From an uncultured virus (IMG/VR IMGVR_UViG_3300027770_000035) (Duplodnaviria; Heunggongvirae; Uroviricota; Caudoviricetes): a stretch of 20,000 bases of DNA. The stretch is from IMG/VR virus record IMGVR_UViG_3300027770_000035. One strand, 5' to 3'. The notes under the pieces are model-generated. The model searched no databases, had not been told where the DNA came from, and saw only the letters and a program-made list of their open reading frames with translations. Numbering within the stretch: position 1 is the first letter of the stretch; the number at the start of each line of letters is the position of its first letter. The translations under genes and the position numbers were made by a program. Positions 16,201 to 20,000 of the stretch are shown piece by piece.

Positions 16201-17714
16201 CTTACTTTTATGGTGTATTGATTTCCAGTACTTACTATATGCGATATTGGTATTCGGTATACTGAATTTGTAGCATCCCAACTAATATCCCCTATAGCAA
16301 CATTGTCTGGAAGAGTTCCTAAGGCATCAGAAACTCTGGATTCATTCGTATAAATGGCGTTGTTTGGGTTTGTACCAATAGCAAATAATTTTGTTAATTT
16401 TCCATATGAAGGTTGGTTGCTGTAGGTGGAATTGAGTTCTACTTCGATATAACCACCTATAGCTAAATTACCAAGTCTTATGTCTACAGCTTGGTTGGCT
16501 ACAGCATTGGGGAAATTAACTACTGAAGAAAAAACTTTTTCAAAAGTATTAGTTGTATTTAATATTCCGGCAGAAGATCGAATGGTACCTGTAACATCCA
16601 AAGCATAAGCAGGACTTGCCGTCCCGATGCCGACGTTGCCGCTCGTTAGAATAGAGACTAATTCACTCGGTGTATTATTTTGTTTGTTTATAAAGGAAAA
16701 TCTACCGTTTACAGTATTTTCTCTACCTATGTCCCAATAGTAAGTATCGCTATAACCAAGACGAAGTTGTCCATTTGTTGTGCTTGATGTGTCTAGAATG
16801 CTTAACTTATTGCCTGGCGTTATCGTTCCGATGCCCACGTTACCAGCAGCGTCTATTCGCATTCGTTCGGTCAGATTGGCAAACGTGGCTGAACTAGCGG
16901 AACTTGCTGCATTGGTAAAAAATCCCAATCCGCCGCCCCAATCATTACCTGGACCTATCCTGATCCCAGAAACACCCGCAACTAAGGTTGCATTAAGCTG
17001 ATCTTTGAATACGATGCCAATACCACGAGCGATACCACTAGCAGGTCCGCCTGTCCTTTCAAAGATTGCACCGATTTCGTTGATGGTAGCCGAGCTTACG
17101 AGACTTGTGTGTAACGGAGCCAACGGCGATGTCGTCCCGATGCCGACATTGCCACTATTATTTACCATCAGGTAACTTACCCCTGCACTACTTGCCGCAT
17201 TGAAAACTCCACTACCATTTAGCGTGCTGTTGCCGTAAATATTTAATGAATATCCTGTTGAACCTGTCCCAATACTCACAGGATTGCCATTCACTTGCAA
17301 TGTCATAGCTCTTGAAGTACCGGACCCTAAATCAAAACCATCAAGCCCTGAATTGATAAGTCTGACCCCAAAATTGGTGGCTGTATCTCCAATCCAAAAC
17401 TGTCTATTACCAGAAGCGTTATAGCTCAGATTGATCCCAGCCCCATTAGTGGCGTCGCTGCCCCCCAGAACACCTGCGCCAGTCAATCGTAAGCCATAAC
17501 CTGTTGTGGTTTGGACGTGCAGCGGCGTTGAGGGCGTTGTCGTCCCGATGCCAACTCTATTATTAGTAGTATCCACATTCAATACAACTGTACCTGCCGA
17601 ATTCTGAATCTGCACAACTGTGGTACTATCATTGCTGGCAGCAGGTTTGATGAGTAATTGTTGATGTAGAGATGATAGAGATATATCGGTATCTGTTACT
17701 AGAGTCTTAGCCAT
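13269..17714 (-). CDS. Long modular tail fibre or adhesin (~1481 aa)
   Basis: Twelve VGIG[T/I]xxP (GNVGIGTTSP-type) repeats, ~14-aa NTA(I/V)G beta-roll repeats near the C-terminus and a terminal DGTNW domain. Start moved to ATG 17714 (SD GGAGG, after the upstream stop). Confidence 0.88.
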   Translation of the reverse strand: MAKTLVTDTDISLSSLHQQLLIKPAASNDSTTVVQIQNSAGTVVLNVDTTNNRVGIGTTTPSTPLHVQTTTGYGLRLTGAGVLGGSDATNGAGINLSYNASGNRQFWIGDTATNFGVRLINSGLDGFDLGSGTSRAMTLQVNGNPVSIGTGSTGYSLNIYGNSTLNGSGVFNAASSAGVSYLMVNNSGNVGIGTTSPLAPLHTSLVSSATINEIGAIFERTGGPASGIARGIGIVFKDQLNATLVAGVSGIRIGPGNDWGGGLGFFTNAASSASSATFANLTERMRIDAAGNVGIGTITPGNKLSILDTSSTTNGQLRLGYSDTYYWDIGRENTVNGRFSFINKQNNTPSELVSILTSGNVGIGTASPAYALDVTGTIRSSAGILNTTNTFEKVFSSVVNFPNAVANQAVDIRLGNLAIGGYIEVELNSTYSNQPSYGKLTKLFAIGTNPNNAIYTNESRVSDALGTLPDNVAIGDISWDATNSVYRIPISHIVSTGNQYTIKVRMFSDSGLAKPVFDAMTVSSIYTLTALSRNYVNYNGNVGIGTTSPGALLHVSKDQNTQTDIRFDNPNAGTAASALFDMRNGALGINDRVLFGVTGTGYTAVTGWGDAGVLTTQANISGGLILNANAGEIKFETGANGSANQRMVITNSGNVGIGTTSPAYLLDVYATSSVIAARSTGSTGSYATLTTEGLSGNSGNRLLFRRGQATGTIQDRWQFLALGSENATDNGAGTDLSIQSQVNNGGWADRLFINRNSGCVGIGTTSPSASLQIGAANSYGRTSPAIAVPVASASLKELLEFGSDVRGGGLTGYQDGSGLVRVSLGTRTSTNIISEQFSVLNSGNVGIGTTAPNVKLDVLSGTVNTAADSLTASTMTVTGPNVVFGAGANNAGVLNVETNTALGIDVGGSIGFGGRYHLDWQAQWALIKGAKENATDGDYASYLAFGTRIMGGQVTERVRINSTGNVGIGISSPTAKLHVAGGKILLDNTQGIQIKDAAGTARTVLQVDGGDNLYLDSTAAGGDLFFRASGNDKLTIKATSGNVGIGTTTPTSKLAVNGNVAIGLPSSITGNYGQLEVRRASSDNRVTAGFTTDTNYQTMGWLPGTDFRVGFEYSGQYHQFKVHTGAGAVTDALYIQTTTGNVGIGTTTPGNKLAIVGSGAVIRITGTNDTSAVYTQFNSSANTGLGYVGVEGSTAGATLTNTLAYATFISAGSSGSALQLGTPGGIRATILANGNVGIGTTSPSKLLHVAGDALINGITVGLGTSSIAGNTAVGQQTLLTITSGYGNTAIGYVSGSAITTGANNTTLGYNSGASISTGGNNIAIGQNAGTNQATGTYNVYIGAGSYASAAGVSNEIVIGAVGGKGANTAYIAGSTVYHEGSIALKSPTTVNAATYTMASTDSSLIITTTSCTITLLSAATYAGRILYVKNITANSLTSNASNVVPLGSATAGTAILLGGSSGGKFAMLQSDGTNWITMMSN

Positions 17715-17722
17715 AAGAATAT

Positions 17723-20000
17723 TTATCCTCCCAGACTCCAATTACCTGTGGCTCCAGTATTGAATACTAATTTAATGACCCAGTAAGGAGTATCGACTGT
17801 CATAAATGTTGTTGAACCCATAATTCTGTTCGCATTACCATTCACAACAAATCCTGATAGGGGTCCAGTAGAACCATTGGCAAATACTACATAACTATTT
17901 GATGTAGGAGCCAATGGCATAGTGGCAGTAATATTCGTGGCTCCAATCCAATAATTTGAATTTGCTGTTGCAGTAAAGTTGGATGTCTGATAGTTATAGG
18001 TTCCAACAGCACTAGGTCCGGTGGCTCCGGTGAATCCAGAGGCACCAGTCGCTCCAATAGGACCAGTCGTTCCCTGCAACCCTGATGCACCAGTTGCACC
18101 AATGGGACCAGTTGCTCCAGTAAACCCAGAAGCACCAGTCGCACCAATAGGACCAGTGGTTCCCTGCAACCCTGATGCACCAGTCGCACCAATAGGACCA
18201 GTGGTTCCCTGAAGACCAGAGGCTCCTGTGGAACCAATAGGGCCTGTGGTTCCAGTTAGACCAGAGGTACCAGTCGCACCCTGACCAGTCGCACCTATTG
18301 GTCCTGTGGAGCCAACAAATCCTATGTATCCTGAAGTGTATTCGACTTCGAATAACACCAAATCCCCAACAGTCAATCCAGAAGTAAATGTTACTGTGGT
18401 GGAGTTAGTCTCGGTATAGGCAGCAGAGTATTGACGTACACCATTGATATAAACAGAAAGAGTATTTGTTCCTGTGGTATATGAGAATGTAGTAAGAGTA
18501 AATACAGTCTGACTGGCTGTGGCAGTAAATTGTTGTCTTGATACTGATGTATATGCAGTCGGTCCTGTGGCTCCGGTGAATCCTGTGGCACCAGTGGCTC
18601 CATTAGGACCAGTTGTTCCTCGAAGACCAGATGCTCCTGTGGCACCAATGGGACCAGTTGTTCCCTGCAAACCAGAGGCACCAGTCGCACCCTGACCTGT
18701 GGATCCAGTGAATCCAGAAGCACCAGTCGCACCAATAGGACCAGTGGTTCCCTGCAACCCTGATGCACCAGTCGCACCAATGGGACCTGTGGATCCAGTG
18801 AACCCTGATGCTCCTGTGGCACCAATAGGACCAGTGGTTCCCTGCAACCCTGATGCACCAGTCGCACCAATGGGACCTGTGGATCCAGTGAACCCTGATG
18901 CTCCTGTGGCACCAATAGGACCAGTGGTTCCCTGCAACCCTGATGCACCAGTCGCACCAATAGGACCAGTGGTTCCCTGAAGACCAGAGGCTCCTGTGGC
19001 TCCATTAGGACCAGTTGTTCCTCGAAGACCAGATGCTCCTGTGGCACCAATGGGACCAGTTGTTCCCTGAAGACCAGAGGCTCCTGTGGCACCAATAGGA
19101 CCTGTGGTTCCCTGCAATCCTGATGCACCTGTCGCACCAATGGGACCAGTTGTGCCTTGAAGACCAGATGCCCCTGTGGCTCCGATGGGACCAGTGGTTC
19201 CCTGCAACCCTGATGCACCTGTCGCACCAATAGGACCTGTGGTTCCCTGCAAACCAGAGGCACCAGTTGCACCCTGACCTGTGGCTCCGGTGAATCCAGA
19301 GGCACCAGTGGCTCCATTGAATCCAGTTGTGCCTCGAAGACCAGAGGCTCCTGTGGCCCCAATAAATCCAATCAATCCAGTAGAACCAGCAGCACCAACA
19401 ACACTGTTTGCTAACAGCCAATCAGTAGTTGATGCTCTATATACAAGAGTAATATTAAATATACTAGTATCCAGAGCAAGACTGCCAGATTGCATAATAG
19501 TCTGACTAGCATAAGGATTAACCACACAACCAGAAATACCAGTAGACCCTGATACCAGAGTTACAAAGTTGTTATCAGCAGGTGTTGCTGGTAACGTGAC
19601 TGTACTGTTATTGTTGATTAACCAATAATTAGAGTTGAGTTGTGCTGTAAATGCACCACCTGTGGCTCCATAGATAGCAATAGATGCATAGGGACCAGTA
19701 GCACCAGAGGCACCAGTGAACCCTGATGCTCCTGTGGCACCAATAGGACCAGTGGTTCCCTGCAAACCAGAGGCACCAGTCGCACCCTGACCTGTGGATC
19801 CAGTGAATCCAGAAGCACCAGTCGCACCAATAGGACCAGTGGTTCCCTGCAACCCTGATGCACCTGTCGCACCCTGACCTGTGGCTCCAGTGAACCCTGA
19901 TGCTCCTGTGGCACCAATGGGACCAGTGGTTCCCTGCAACCCTGATGCACCAGTCGCACCAATAGGACCAGTGGTTCCCTGAAGACCAGAGGCTCCTGTG
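17723..20000 (-). CDS. Collagen-like fibre protein, 5' end beyond the window
   Basis: G-X-Y triplets ([15 protein letters not shown])n interrupted by three globular domains. The frame stays open past 19939 to the window edge. Confidence 0.9.
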   Translation of the reverse strand, partial: TGASGLQGTTGPIGATGASGLQGTTGPIGATGASGFTGATGQGATGASGLQGTTGPIGATGASGFTGSTGQGATGASGLQGTTGPIGATGASGFTGASGATGPYASIAIYGATGGAFTAQLNSNYWLINNNSTVTLPATPADNNFVTLVSGSTGISGCVVNPYASQTIMQSGSLALDTSIFNITLVYRASTTDWLLANSVVGAAGSTGLIGFIGATGASGLRGTTGFNGATGASGFTGATGQGATGASGLQGTTGPIGATGASGLQGTTGPIGATGASGLQGTTGPIGATGASGLQGTTGPIGATGASGLQGTTGPIGATGASGLRGTTGPNGATGASGLQGTTGPIGATGASGLQGTTGPIGATGASGFTGSTGPIGATGASGLQGTTGPIGATGASGFTGSTGPIGATGASGLQGTTGPIGATGASGFTGSTGQGATGASGLQGTTGPIGATGASGLRGTTGPNGATGATGFTGATGPTAYTSVSRQQFTATASQTVFTLTTFSYTTGTNTLSVYINGVRQYSAAYTETNSTTVTFTSGLTVGDLVLFEVEYTSGYIGFVGSTGPIGATGQGATGTSGLTGTTGPIGSTGASGLQGTTGPIGATGASGLQGTTGPIGATGASGFTGATGPIGATGASGLQGTTGPIGATGASGFTGATGPSAVGTYNYQTSNFTATANSNYWIGATNITATMPLAPTSNSYVVFANGSTGPLSGFVVNGNANRIMGSTTFMTVDTPYWVIKLVFNTGATGNWSLGG
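18021..20000. repeat. Degenerate 45-bp tandem repeats encoding the collagen-like tracts
   Basis: Three tracts (~18021-18310, ~18560-19390, ~19690-20000) of GCACCAATAGGACCAGTGGTTCCCTGCAACCCTGATGCACCAGTC variants. Confidence 0.93.

Noticed and set aside
2066..19962. Many overlapping alternative-frame and antisense ORFs (e.g. 2671-3006, 4787-5260, 10239-10553, 18391-19371, 19005-19421)
   Set aside because: They overlap well-supported genes, lack an RBS or motifs, and are explained by codon bias or repeat periodicity.
1..20000. Stop-codon reassignment
   Set aside because: Core genes are intact in code 11, TAG and TGA end genes at plausible positions, and the two complete tRNAs are not suppressors.
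13269..20000. Diversity-generating retroelement or invertible shufflon acting on the fibres
   Set aside because: No reverse transcriptase, no template/variable repeat pair with adenine-specific mismatches, and no inverted cassettes or invertase in the window.

Overview
Fragment of a large T4-like myophage genome, mostly on the minus strand. 2741-12867 is the canonical virion and packaging block (gp16, gp17, gp18, gp19, gp20, gp67-like, gp21, gp22, gp23) with TATAAATA late promoters. Upstream lie a 127-aa protein, a ~1480-aa GNVGIGT-repeat fibre and a collagen-like G-X-T fibre that runs off the window. 1-2700 is an accessory region: tRNA-Arg(UCU), tRNA-Thr(UGU), part of a third tRNA, and two back-to-back sigma70 promoters that appear to make leaderless mRNAs. 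The best candidate for an undescribed system is the leftward operon (1985 to 189). It encodes an acidic 45-aa peptide, a predicted Sm/Hfq-like protein, a possibly structured 100-nt spacer, three in-frame mini-genes with an identical basic head (MTKKSRYKRI) and variable (G/W/R)-S tails built from NGGTCT hexamers, a Zn-dependent deaminase and a hypothetical protein, followed by the tRNAs. Also notable: a GATG/GSTG motif shared by several virion proteins, and DNA-level conservation of the fibre repeat anchors. All homology calls come from motif recognition by eye; no searches were run.
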